From a virus: 64,000 nucleotides of DNA. The notes beneath the pieces are model-generated. The model did no database searches. It saw nothing but the letters and a program-made list of their open reading frames with translations, and was not told the DNA's origin. The stretch is taken from the IMG/VR virus record IMGVR_UViG_3300004481_000333, positions 21,414-85,413 of that record. The stretch is one strand, 5' to 3'. A program made the translations under genes and the position numbers. Below, piece by piece: positions 39,095 to 50,924 of this stretch; the first letter of the stretch is position 1, and every line of letters starts with the position of its first letter.

Positions 39095-39909
39095 CGGTCG
39101 AGATCACGGGTTTGGTTCCAGGAGGTCCCAGACTCGTCATCGCAACCCGGGAAGACGTCCTGGCCCAGTTGCCGTCTGATGTTCTGTCGGAGCAAGAACA
39201 GCCGGTCCTGGATGCGGCTGCCGATGCCTTGCTGGCGATTGCGTTGGCTTATCAGGAATATGGCGGTCGATGCGCAGCCAACTGCGATCCGGACCGTGCG
39301 GAAGATCAATCTCTTCGTGCCGTTGCAGCCGACAGAGGAAGCGAGCAAGCGGACGGGGAAGATCAGGAACTGTTCCGAAACCGGATGCTTGGCATTCAGG
39401 CGTCCGTCACGTTCGAGGCCATCCGGGATGCCGTGAATGCCATCCTGGCTAGCTGGACGGATAAGACGTGTCGCATTCTTGAGAGCGGGATGGATGGTGC
39501 CTTCCTCCTCACGGCTGTCACGGACGCGACCTCTGATTGGCATTCGTTCGTGGCGCGCACGGCGTCCTACCCGGATCGCATGTATGAAGACGATGCGGCA
39601 GTCAACGGAGGCGTCTACTTCGCGGGCCGCGGTGGTACGGGACTGCATCTGTTCTTCGCCACTACGCGACGACTATTCGTGATTCTGCTTCCCTCTCTAG
39701 CCCAGATCCGTGGCAACTTCTTCTACACGGCTGTCTCGGACGTGGGTGCTGGGACGTTCCTTTACCTGGCCGCAACTGACCCCGGCGTGACCTTCATGGG
39801 CTCCGACGGGGGTACGGCACAAGCGATCTACCGAGCCATCGCCAACAAGGTGGATTCGTTGGTCGGCCAAAGCATCAGCTACTCCATCATCGAAGACAGG
39901 AGTCTGTGA
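39091..39909 (+). CDS. baseplate I-like protein
   Basis: RG..QADGEDQELFRNR. Confidence 0.7.
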   Translation: MTVEITGLVPGGPRLVIATREDVLAQLPSDVLSEQEQPVLDAAADALLAIALAYQEYGGRCAANCDPDRAEDQSLRAVAADRGSEQADGEDQELFRNRMLGIQASVTFEAIRDAVNAILASWTDKTCRILESGMDGAFLLTAVTDATSDWHSFVARTASYPDRMYEDDAAVNGGVYFAGRGGTGLHLFFATTRRLFVILLPSLAQIRGNFFYTAVSDVGAGTFLYLAATDPGVTFMGSDGGTAQAIYRAIANKVDSLVGQSISYSIIEDRSL

Positions 39910-39913
39910 GCCA

Positions 39914-43221
<3,308 letters not shown>

Positions 43222-43257
43222 GACCCCAATGGGGTCATATGCATAAGGATCGATCTG

Positions 43258-44631
43258 ATGGCAGGAATTCGTGCACTGTCGGCGACGGTCAAAATGACGG
43301 AAGCCGAGACGGAGGCGACGGGCCTGACGAAGGCCGGGTTCGCGCGGGACGAGGAAGTGGCGCTAAGCGTCACGCCGGCATTCACGAGCTATTCGTGGAG
43401 CATGACGCGACCCACCGGGAGCTCCGCGGCGCGTTCTGCTATGTCCAGCACGTCAGTTGCAACTCCATCGTTCCGTCCAGACATCAACGGGGAATTCATA
43501 CTCACGTGCACGGACGGCACCACGACCTACGATCTTGTGGTCGAGGTCTCTACCGTTGCGCCTGCCGAAGTTGCAACCCACACGCGACGCTCCGCCATGT
43601 TGCCGGACCAGATACCCATCACGAGCGGAGGCGGCACGGAGTTCCTGAACGCCGAGACGGGACTCATGTCGGTAAAGTACGACGATGGGAGCGTCCAGGC
43701 ACTGGAGGGAAGGAGCCTCCGCCACGGTGCCGCGGCCCCCACGTCTGGCGTCGGGAGCGACGGCGACACGTACCTACGCCTCGACCCCGACACCCTAGCC
43801 CAGGACGGCAAGCTGTTCGTCAAGGCGGCGGGTGCGTGGGCGGAGGACGCAGATGCGCGGCTCGCGAGCTACGCGCAGATGGTGGCTTCTTTGGCGGAAG
43901 GGATGCCCCCTCCACCCGACGTCTCGGGTTCGGTGCTGGTAGACCAGGGAGGCGCGCTTGGGCGGACGGACCGGCGCCTGACGCTGGACGACATCGACGC
44001 CGCGTTTGCCATCAGCACGTGGGTTCGCGTAGGAGGCGTCTACACGGCTCGGCGTGGCGACACCATCAGCACCGTCACGGCGACCGCGAGCTACACCAGC
44101 ACGCCCGCGTCGGCGTCCGTGGCCAACAGCTACGGCGGCAGCTCGGACCCGGGGGACGTCAACGGCGGGGCCTGGACCCTACTGACGCCATTCACGAGTG
44201 CCAGCATGGCCGGGACGGTCAAGCGGTCTGGGGCTGACCTGGGGGCGGACCCGACCTGGACCGCTACCCTGACGGCCACGGGAGCGACGGTCAAGACGTC
44301 GCCTTGGACCGTCACGTTCACGTCCAACATCCTGTACGGCGTGGGGGCGGCGGGACTGGACACGCAGGGGGAGCTGGAGGCCGCGTTGACGAGCGTGTTG
44401 CAGGCTGCCATCCCCGCCAGCTTCACCGTCAGCCCATCCAACCAGTACGTTTACGTCGCATGGCCGAAGGGACGCGGTACCGCGAGCTACACGCTGAATG
44501 GATTCCCGGCCGCATTCGAAGCCCCGTTCGACGTCTCGTTCACGAACGTGAACGCAGTGGTCGAGACCTACTCGGTCATGCGGTCAACCAACCTACTGAC
44601 AGGCTCGGGCCTGGTATTCGTGAGGGCGTGA
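43258..44631 (+). CDS. virion/tail structural protein
   Basis: PKD-like N-term, APTSGVGSDGDTY motif. Confidence 0.65.
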   Translation: MAGIRALSATVKMTEAETEATGLTKAGFARDEEVALSVTPAFTSYSWSMTRPTGSSAARSAMSSTSVATPSFRPDINGEFILTCTDGTTTYDLVVEVSTVAPAEVATHTRRSAMLPDQIPITSGGGTEFLNAETGLMSVKYDDGSVQALEGRSLRHGAAAPTSGVGSDGDTYLRLDPDTLAQDGKLFVKAAGAWAEDADARLASYAQMVASLAEGMPPPPDVSGSVLVDQGGALGRTDRRLTLDDIDAAFAISTWVRVGGVYTARRGDTISTVTATASYTSTPASASVANSYGGSSDPGDVNGGAWTLLTPFTSASMAGTVKRSGADLGADPTWTATLTATGATVKTSPWTVTFTSNILYGVGAAGLDTQGELEAALTSVLQAAIPASFTVSPSNQYVYVAWPKGRGTASYTLNGFPAAFEAPFDVSFTNVNAVVETYSVMRSTNLLTGSGLVFVRA

Positions 44632-44632
44632 C

Positions 44633-46099
44633 ATGGCAATCGGATTGACGGATAGCGTCGGATCCTTAGGAGCTTTTCCTTCCGCCATCGGGACAACGCA
44701 ACCAGCCCTGGACAATGTCGCCGCCATTGCATCTCTGGATCCTACAGGATTCCATGACGGAACGAGATGGTGGATCACAACTCTTCGATGCTATGGGATG
44801 CTACGAACCACCGAAGATCCTCCGGTTGCGATGGAGCGTTGGTCTACAGCCACGGCTGGTCGCATTTTGGAACGGTTGCCTTACCCGGAATTCACGTCGA
44901 ATCCGTGGAATACGCAATCTGATTGGTATGTAGACGATATTTCCGGAAGCGACGAATTCTCAGGATCAGATCCTTCTGCTGCACTCAAGACATTCTCAGA
45001 ACTACGACGTCGCACATGGAAATATCAGCCGGCACAGCCAACAGTAGTGCATATCATGTCAGATATGGCAGAAGATCTGTTGTTATCTATTGCATCTAGC
45101 ACAGCTGCGTCGTTTACTCTCGATGGCTCTGGGTATTCTGTCGCGTTACATTCTGGAACGATCTCGACATTTACCAACAGAAATTCTTCAACGCCAGAGT
45201 GGAGTCTTCTTACTGACATTGGAGTTGCGGATTGGACACCATATCGTGGCAGAAGAATACGTTTGACGAGCGGCTCGAACACAGGAGCCGTTGCTGGAAT
45301 AATGAAGGAAAATCCTGGAGGTCTTGGAAATAATGTGGCCCGCGTTGGTCCGTTCGCTAGTGGGACAACGGCGACTCATACGGAAGTGTTCCCGATAGCA
45401 ACAGATCAGTATGTCATTGAGAATTTAATCGCTGTGCGCTCGATGAGCATAGAGGCAACCGATCCAGATAAAACCGGTGTCGTTGGTTACGATTCGATTA
45501 GAATACGGTCCTTGTATGTAGCAAGCGGGCAGTACCAGTTCCTCAACATACGAGATGGAACCGGTTCGTCACAGTGCGTAACTATTGTGGGGTGCGAGCT
45601 TGGGCCATATGCGCTTATGGGTAATCCGGTGATCCATAGTTCGATCATAACCAACAGGAATGGCCAAATACTCTCTTTAGGCAACCTCTCTCCGTCTAGA
45701 CTATCCATTACAGTGTCGATGCTATATAATGTTCCAGGAACTATAGTGGAGTGTTATATGGGTTCGTGCGTTGTCAACAAGTGCGCATCTCAAAACGTAA
45801 GGATAGCTGTGTTTGGTTCCGCTGTCATGCACGTATATGATACAGGTGTTTTTGGCAGTGCATCAGCAGGGATAGAACTAGATTCCGGAGGCCGGATAAT
45901 ACTAGCGGGTTTGGTTTGGGGAGCAGAGAACACTATTGGGGTACGGATCAATTCCAACACAACTGCAGTATACATCACCAAGCCAACGATTTTGGGAGGG
46001 ACGGGAGCAGATTGCAGAATAGCTGGTGTTGACTACGTTTGGGGAAATGTTCCGGTATGGGACAGTGTGCACGCTTGTGGAATTGTAGCGCGCGTATAA
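44633..46099 (+). CDS. tail spike-like protein (beta-helix-like)
   Basis: WYVDDISGSDEFSG....ALKTFSE; visibly lower GC. Confidence 0.7.
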   Translation: MAIGLTDSVGSLGAFPSAIGTTQPALDNVAAIASLDPTGFHDGTRWWITTLRCYGMLRTTEDPPVAMERWSTATAGRILERLPYPEFTSNPWNTQSDWYVDDISGSDEFSGSDPSAALKTFSELRRRTWKYQPAQPTVVHIMSDMAEDLLLSIASSTAASFTLDGSGYSVALHSGTISTFTNRNSSTPEWSLLTDIGVADWTPYRGRRIRLTSGSNTGAVAGIMKENPGGLGNNVARVGPFASGTTATHTEVFPIATDQYVIENLIAVRSMSIEATDPDKTGVVGYDSIRIRSLYVASGQYQFLNIRDGTGSSQCVTIVGCELGPYALMGNPVIHSSIITNRNGQILSLGNLSPSRLSITVSMLYNVPGTIVECYMGSCVVNKCASQNVRIAVFGSAVMHVYDTGVFGSASAGIELDSGGRIILAGLVWGAENTIGVRINSNTTAVYITKPTILGGTGADCRIAGVDYVWGNVPVWDSVHACGIVARV

Positions 46100-46135
46100 T
46101 AATGGAAACGGCACCGTAGTTTCGAAGGAAACAAC

Positions 46136-46486
46136 ATGACGACCGAGATTATGATCCTGACGAGCCTGATGGCGTTTCTGGTAGGTCTGCACCACCTGCT
46201 GGGAAAAGACGTTACGTGGTGCAGGACGCTTGATCCCAAGTTGCGCATCGTGCTAACGAACATCATCGGGATCCCGATTGGACTCGTGGTGTCGCGCCTG
46301 TCAGGATCCGAGTGGGTGCAGGCAGCCTATCAGACCGGGATGGTGGTCGGGATTCCGACCCTGCTGGGAGTCCTGAGTGTGCTGGGCGGCAGCGACAAGC
46401 CGCCGGCTGTCGTGGACCCGCCCATCCTGGCGAAGGCGAAGGACGACGCGGCCAACCTGGGCATTGCCGAGGAGAAAATCCGATGA
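46136..46486 (+). CDS. holin-like membrane protein
   Basis: Three hydrophobic segments, charged tail. Confidence 0.6.
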   Translation: MTTEIMILTSLMAFLVGLHHLLGKDVTWCRTLDPKLRIVLTNIIGIPIGLVVSRLSGSEWVQAAYQTGMVVGIPTLLGVLSVLGGSDKPPAVVDPPILAKAKDDAANLGIAEEKIR

Positions 46487-46514
46487 CTATCTACTCATCG
46501 CCTAAGGAAATCCA

Positions 46515-46931
46515 ATGACCCATCGTCGCTATCTGCGTCGCTCTGACGCGCCTGGGATCGTCCTGCTATCCCTGCTGCTGCTCGGTGGATGCCGTGCCAC
46601 GCTGGAGGAGACGCGGCCCCGGGCCCCCCTTGCCGGCCTCTCGGTCGTGGGCGTGGTGCTGCTCGAGCCCGGGTCCCCTGAGTGCCAGCGGCTCTCAGAG
46701 CTTGAAGCCACCTGGGGCGGGCTCGCGCTGGCGGGCGGGGCCCTAGGGACGGCCGGCACGCTCGGGACCGTCCTGGAGGTGCTGGCGCGCCAGGACGACC
46801 CCGGTGCGGCGGAGTACGTGGCCCTGCTGGTGGCCGGTGCCATCGACGCCGCGGCCGTGTTCGCCCAGACCCGGGCCACGGCATATGGGCGTGACTGGGC
46901 GGGGGCGGGATGTGGTAGGATTGGACCATAA
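46515..46931 (+). CDS. lipoprotein with hydrophobic helices
   Basis: LLLGGC lipobox. Confidence 0.55.
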   Translation: MTHRRYLRRSDAPGIVLLSLLLLGGCRATLEETRPRAPLAGLSVVGVVLLEPGSPECQRLSELEATWGGLALAGGALGTAGTLGTVLEVLARQDDPGAAEYVALLVAGAIDAAAVFAQTRATAYGRDWAGAGCGRIGP

Positions 46932-46961
46932 CATGGGCCAACTAAGCGTCCTGGGGGTCAC

Positions 46962-47162
46962 GTGACCATCGCGGAGCTCGAGTCCGCCTTGGCGGTCGCG
47001 AGGATTCGCATCACCCAACTCGAATCCGAGAACCAGGAGCTGCGGCAGAAGATGCTGGAACTGGAACGTGAACTAGCTGGACACGCCAGCAAAAGAGTGT
47101 TTCCGGCCTGGATACCGATCTACTGGCAACCGGTCTACATAGACCCAGGTACGACCACGTGA
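46962..47162 (+). CDS. small coiled-coil protein
   Basis: Shares RITQLESENQELRQKM with next ORF. Confidence 0.55.
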   Translation: MTIAELESALAVARIRITQLESENQELRQKMLELERELAGHASKRVFPAWIPIYWQPVYIDPGTTT

Positions 47163-47341
47163 CGCTGGACGAATCCCAGGCCCGCATCACCCAGCTCGAA
47201 TCCGAGAACCAGGAGCTGCGGCAGAAGATGGCGGCCCTCCGGGCCATCCTGGACGACCCAAACAAGTGCTACGGTAGGGCAATCGATCTGGCTCAGGCCG
47301 AAGCGGAAGGAAGGCCCCTATGGCCAAACATCTACCCCTAG
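47159..47341 (+). CDS. small coiled-coil protein
   Basis: 48-bp duplication with previous ORF. Confidence 0.55.
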   Translation: MTLDESQARITQLESENQELRQKMAALRAILDDPNKCYGRAIDLAQAEAEGRPLWPNIYP

Positions 47342-47691
47342 TCGCCCTGCTGGCAGCCTTTCTGCTGGGAGCGCACTGCAACCCCAAGCCGCCCCCTCCC
47401 CCTGTCCCAACGGGCGGCGCGGGCGGGCAGGCGCCGGTTCCCGTGGGGGGCGCGGGGGGCATGGTTCCCATCGGTGGGGTTGGGGGCGCAGTTGACGAAT
47501 GCGCGGCGCCGGCGGACGCGTGTGCGGCCGCGGGCTGCAACCTACGGCGCCTCGGATGCCCGGAGCAGAGGACGGAGCGGGGAACGCCTTTCGCTATCAC
47601 GTGCCGGGATTCAGCAGCCGACGGTCGACCGTATCCGTTGGCCTGCATCACGCGGGCATCAACCTGTGACATCGCGAGGGCTTGCCGATGA
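47320..47691 (+). CDS. Cys-rich lipoprotein with GGAGG linker
   Basis: LLGAHC lipobox-like site; C-terminal Cys cluster. Confidence 0.65.
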   Translation: MAKHLPLVALLAAFLLGAHCNPKPPPPPVPTGGAGGQAPVPVGGAGGMVPIGGVGGAVDECAAPADACAAAGCNLRRLGCPEQRTERGTPFAITCRDSAADGRPYPLACITRASTCDIARACR

Positions 47692-48518
47692 CCGACATCG
47701 CACTACGACCCACCGGACTCAAGGGGCCGGATCGACCGGAGACTCGCACCGCGCAGCTGGAGAGGCGCCGGTTTTTCGCGCGTGTCGACCAGCCAATTCC
47801 CCGCATCGCCATCCAGGCCATTGCCCGCATCCGGAGGCAGCCGGTTCTTGGGGACTGCGTGGGTGAGGCGGCGGGCGGTGGGTATCACGCGCTGACGGGA
47901 TACGACTGCTCGGGTCGGGACATCTGGCGTGAGGCCCAGCGCCAGGAGACTGGAACATTCGACCCGGAGCAGGGAGCGTTCCTCGAGTTCGCGGTCGATG
48001 GCATGATTCGACGCGGGTTGACGCCCTACGTGCCGGGTGAAGAATTCGACGAGTCGGCCACGCTCGAGACTTGGGTCGAGGGCCACGCGGCGCACGACCG
48101 GAGGCAACTGGGGATGGATCACCGACGGATCGCGACCAACGATGTCCAGGCGCTTTACCAGGCATTGGCATCGGGCATGGCGGTGTTCGACGGAGGACCG
48201 CTGTTGGAGAAGTTCTTCGGCCGTGGTCCCACCAAAGCCAACACGCCAGCTGATATCGATGAGCTGGGAGGAATCACCAACGGTCATGCTCAGCGCATCC
48301 GTGGGTATTACCTGGATGCGGATCTCGAAGGCCAGCAGGTTGGGAACGTCCTCCTGTACCAGGGGAGCTGGGACGAGGGGTTCGCCGGTTGCTGGGTCCC
48401 GGTACTCAACGAGGAGAGCGTCGTCATCGACACACGCTGGCAGCCGGGGTGCTTCTGGGCCTATGAGCGGGTCATCGGATTGCGCTGGGACATCCACGCA
48501 TTCAGGCCAGTTTCATGA
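47688..48518 (+). CDS. papain-like (C1) cysteine peptidase
   Basis: Q..LGDCVGEA, GHAQ, QGSW. Confidence 0.7.
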   Translation: MTDIALRPTGLKGPDRPETRTAQLERRRFFARVDQPIPRIAIQAIARIRRQPVLGDCVGEAAGGGYHALTGYDCSGRDIWREAQRQETGTFDPEQGAFLEFAVDGMIRRGLTPYVPGEEFDESATLETWVEGHAAHDRRQLGMDHRRIATNDVQALYQALASGMAVFDGGPLLEKFFGRGPTKANTPADIDELGGITNGHAQRIRGYYLDADLEGQQVGNVLLYQGSWDEGFAGCWVPVLNEESVVIDTRWQPGCFWAYERVIGLRWDIHAFRPVS

Positions 48519-48751
48519 CCACGCGCGAGGCCGAACTCGAGGCCCAGTTGGCGGTCGAGCGCGAGAAGATCGCGAAGCTGGACGCCGCGCTGGCTCAATG
48601 CAAGGCATCGCGAGAACGCAGACCGGAGAACATACCGCGCTGCTCCCCAAAAGTTTACTGGGTGAATGGATTGCCTCTTGGTTTATCGTTGGTCGAGACT
48701 GAGGAAGATGTGGATGTCCGCCGGCAAGCGCTGAAGGACTACGAGTTCTGA
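48515..48751 (+). CDS. small coiled-coil protein
   Basis: EAQLAVEREK. Confidence 0.55.
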   Translation: MTTREAELEAQLAVEREKIAKLDAALAQCKASRERRPENIPRCSPKVYWVNGLPLGLSLVETEEDVDVRRQALKDYEF

Positions 48752-49029
48752 TGGCCATGACCTCCACCCAGCGCCGCATCGTAGACGTGGTTCGGAGCTA
48801 CGTCGGCTGCAGCCTGGCTGACAAGACGGAGGCCCAGCTGGCGGTCGAGCGCGAGAAGGTCGTTCAGTTGGAAGAGAAGGTGAGGAAGCTTGAGGAATTG
48901 GTAGCGCGGTCCGAGCTGCTGTTCGATGCGCGTATGACCATGGGCGAGATAGTCTATCCGCCGCGCCCGAGAAGGTTTTGGTGTGACCAAGGATTCTGGG
49001 GGGACTATTATGGATCGGGGGACATGTGA
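48751..49029 (+). CDS. chimeric small protein
   Basis: N-term copy of 49026 ORF joined to EAQLAVEREK. Confidence 0.55.
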   Translation: MAMTSTQRRIVDVVRSYVGCSLADKTEAQLAVEREKVVQLEEKVRKLEELVARSELLFDARMTMGEIVYPPRPRRFWCDQGFWGDYYGSGDM

Positions 49030-49571
49030 CATCTACCCAGCGCCGCATCGTGGACGTGGTAAGGAGCTACGTGGGCTGCAGTCTGGCGGACAAGACGGAG
49101 GACAAACGGATCCGACGAGCCGCGTTGGCGCAGCTGGTGGCTCGACAGGTCGACGCTCCAGAGTCCGTCGTGGGCATCCGGTCGAACTGCGGCATGTTCG
49201 CGTTGGGGCTCTGGAAGCTTCTGGGGATCGAGCACCAGCTGCTGCGCAAGAAATACGTCAACGGCATGGCGATGGCGTGGCTGGTCCGAATCGGAAATGA
49301 CCTCAGGTTCTGCCACACATACCGGGGTGATCCGTGGGAGCTGACTCCAGGGATGCTGCTGTTCTACAAGCAGGAAGCAGACGAGCACGTGGAGTGGCTG
49401 CTGGGCGACTTGGACGAACGCGGACATGCGGAGCACGCTGGTGGCGGACGGCCCAACAACGCGATTGTGGAGACCCGCGGCCCCATCCTGCACTTCGGCA
49501 CGCTACCCCTATGGTGCTGGTTCGATGTTCCGGGGATCCTGGACCGCATGGAAGACCCCGAGGCCGCGTGA
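49026..49571 (+). CDS. possible NlpC/P60-CHAP-like peptidase
   Basis: NCGMFA, PGMLLFY, EHVEW. Confidence 0.5.
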   Translation: MTSTQRRIVDVVRSYVGCSLADKTEDKRIRRAALAQLVARQVDAPESVVGIRSNCGMFALGLWKLLGIEHQLLRKKYVNGMAMAWLVRIGNDLRFCHTYRGDPWELTPGMLLFYKQEADEHVEWLLGDLDERGHAEHAGGGRPNNAIVETRGPILHFGTLPLWCWFDVPGILDRMEDPEAA

Positions 49572-50263
49572 TTCCTCGCGAGCTGCCTGACCTGCGCTGC
49601 AGCCCAAGCAAGCAGGAGGTACTGGAGGCCCTATGGCGGGCCTGGTGGGCCATGTTCGACACGGAGCCGACCCGAGAGCAGCTGTGCGTCCTGTTGGCCC
49701 AGCAGACGCAGGAATGCGGCTGGCCCGGACAGGGCGGGCTGCATTGTTGGAACTTCGGCAACGAGAAGCACGCTCGGGGGGACGGACGCTGCTGGGTTTA
49801 CTTCACCTGCGACGAGATCATCGATGGCCGGAGTGTCGTGTTCAATGCGCCCCCGCCGCATGATCCATTGGCTGAGGAGATTCCGGGATTCGGCGCCTGT
49901 TGCTTCCGCGCCTACCTGACGATCGATGAGGGCGCGGCAGACCACTTGGGGATGCTCGCCAAGCGCTTCGCCACCGCATGGCACGATGTACTGGAGGGGG
50001 ATCCCGCGGGGTTCTCGCGGCGGCTGAAGGTCATGCACTACTACACGGCGGATGAAGCCATCTACACCAGGGGTGTTGTGAGCTTGTTCCACCAGTTCAC
50101 TACCGCCAAGTTCGACTGGTCTTTCGCGGACAGATCGTCAGCGCCACCAGCGCCCGAGGTCCAGCAACTGGTCCAGTTGATCGACGCCCCGACCCTGCTG
50201 GCCAACGCGCGTGCTGGCATGAAAACCGAGCGCGACCAGACCGAGAAAGGGCTCCATGACTGA
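49568..50263 (+). CDS. endolysin, glucosaminidase (GH73/FlgJ-like)
   Basis: AQ...ECGW, WNFGNEK, FRAY, YYTA. Confidence 0.8.
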   Translation: MIPRELPDLRCSPSKQEVLEALWRAWWAMFDTEPTREQLCVLLAQQTQECGWPGQGGLHCWNFGNEKHARGDGRCWVYFTCDEIIDGRSVVFNAPPPHDPLAEEIPGFGACCFRAYLTIDEGAADHLGMLAKRFATAWHDVLEGDPAGFSRRLKVMHYYTADEAIYTRGVVSLFHQFTTAKFDWSFADRSSAPPAPEVQQLVQLIDAPTLLANARAGMKTERDQTEKGLHD

Positions 50264-50780
50264 ACGGACATCGATTCCCGGTGAACCCCCAGAGGCAGGA
50301 CGCGTGAGCCAACCTTCAGGCGAGATGGACGACTGGACGCATGGGGAACGCGCGACCATGCCTCCTGGATTTCTGGGCGTCACGGAACCGACCCCCATGG
50401 GTCTCCCGGATCCAGAGCCCATGGTCGAGATGCGCGAGACGATGGACACGGAGCCGGCTTCTCCCCTCGGGTCGTCCGTCCCTCCCGTGGGAGATGGTGG
50501 GATCGTGCCGGGGGACGTGCTGCACGACTACCTGGTCCGGATCGCGGCCTCGCTGGACGGTCTCTCGGGGCTGCCAGCGGCTGTGATGAGGCTCGAGGTG
50601 GGGCAGTTGGCATTGGGGGACCGGATCACGCACTTGCGCGAATCAGAGGGCCACTGGACCAACGAGGTCATGAGGCTGAACGAGGTCGTGTCACGACTGC
50701 ATTGCGTGCGAAACCCCGAGCCTTCAGTCCCGCCGTGCGCTCCTGTCCCCATCAGGGCAATTGGCACCGTGGGTGAGTAG
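50256..50780 (+). CDS. hypothetical protein
   Basis: Coupled ORF, Pro-rich plus helix. Confidence 0.55.
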   Translation: MTERTSIPGEPPEAGRVSQPSGEMDDWTHGERATMPPGFLGVTEPTPMGLPDPEPMVEMRETMDTEPASPLGSSVPPVGDGGIVPGDVLHDYLVRIAASLDGLSGLPAAVMRLEVGQLALGDRITHLRESEGHWTNEVMRLNEVVSRLHCVRNPEPSVPPCAPVPIRAIGTVGE

Positions 50781-50924
50781 GGGGGATTGCGGAGGCCTTC
50801 CGGCCGGGGTAAACTCTGATCGTTCTCATCCAGCGCCTGAGCGCGGCCCCGCCGCGTCGCCTTCCTCACGTGGGCCGGGCGGCCTCGGGCGCTGAATGAG
50901 AGCGACCAGCAAAGGAAGGCACCC

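Noticed and set aside
48757-49100. Duplications as DGR TR/VR
   Set aside because: Differences are synonymous and not confined to adenines
49994-50010. 13/17 similarity to array A spacer 1135-1171
   Set aside because: Too short and GC-rich to be significant
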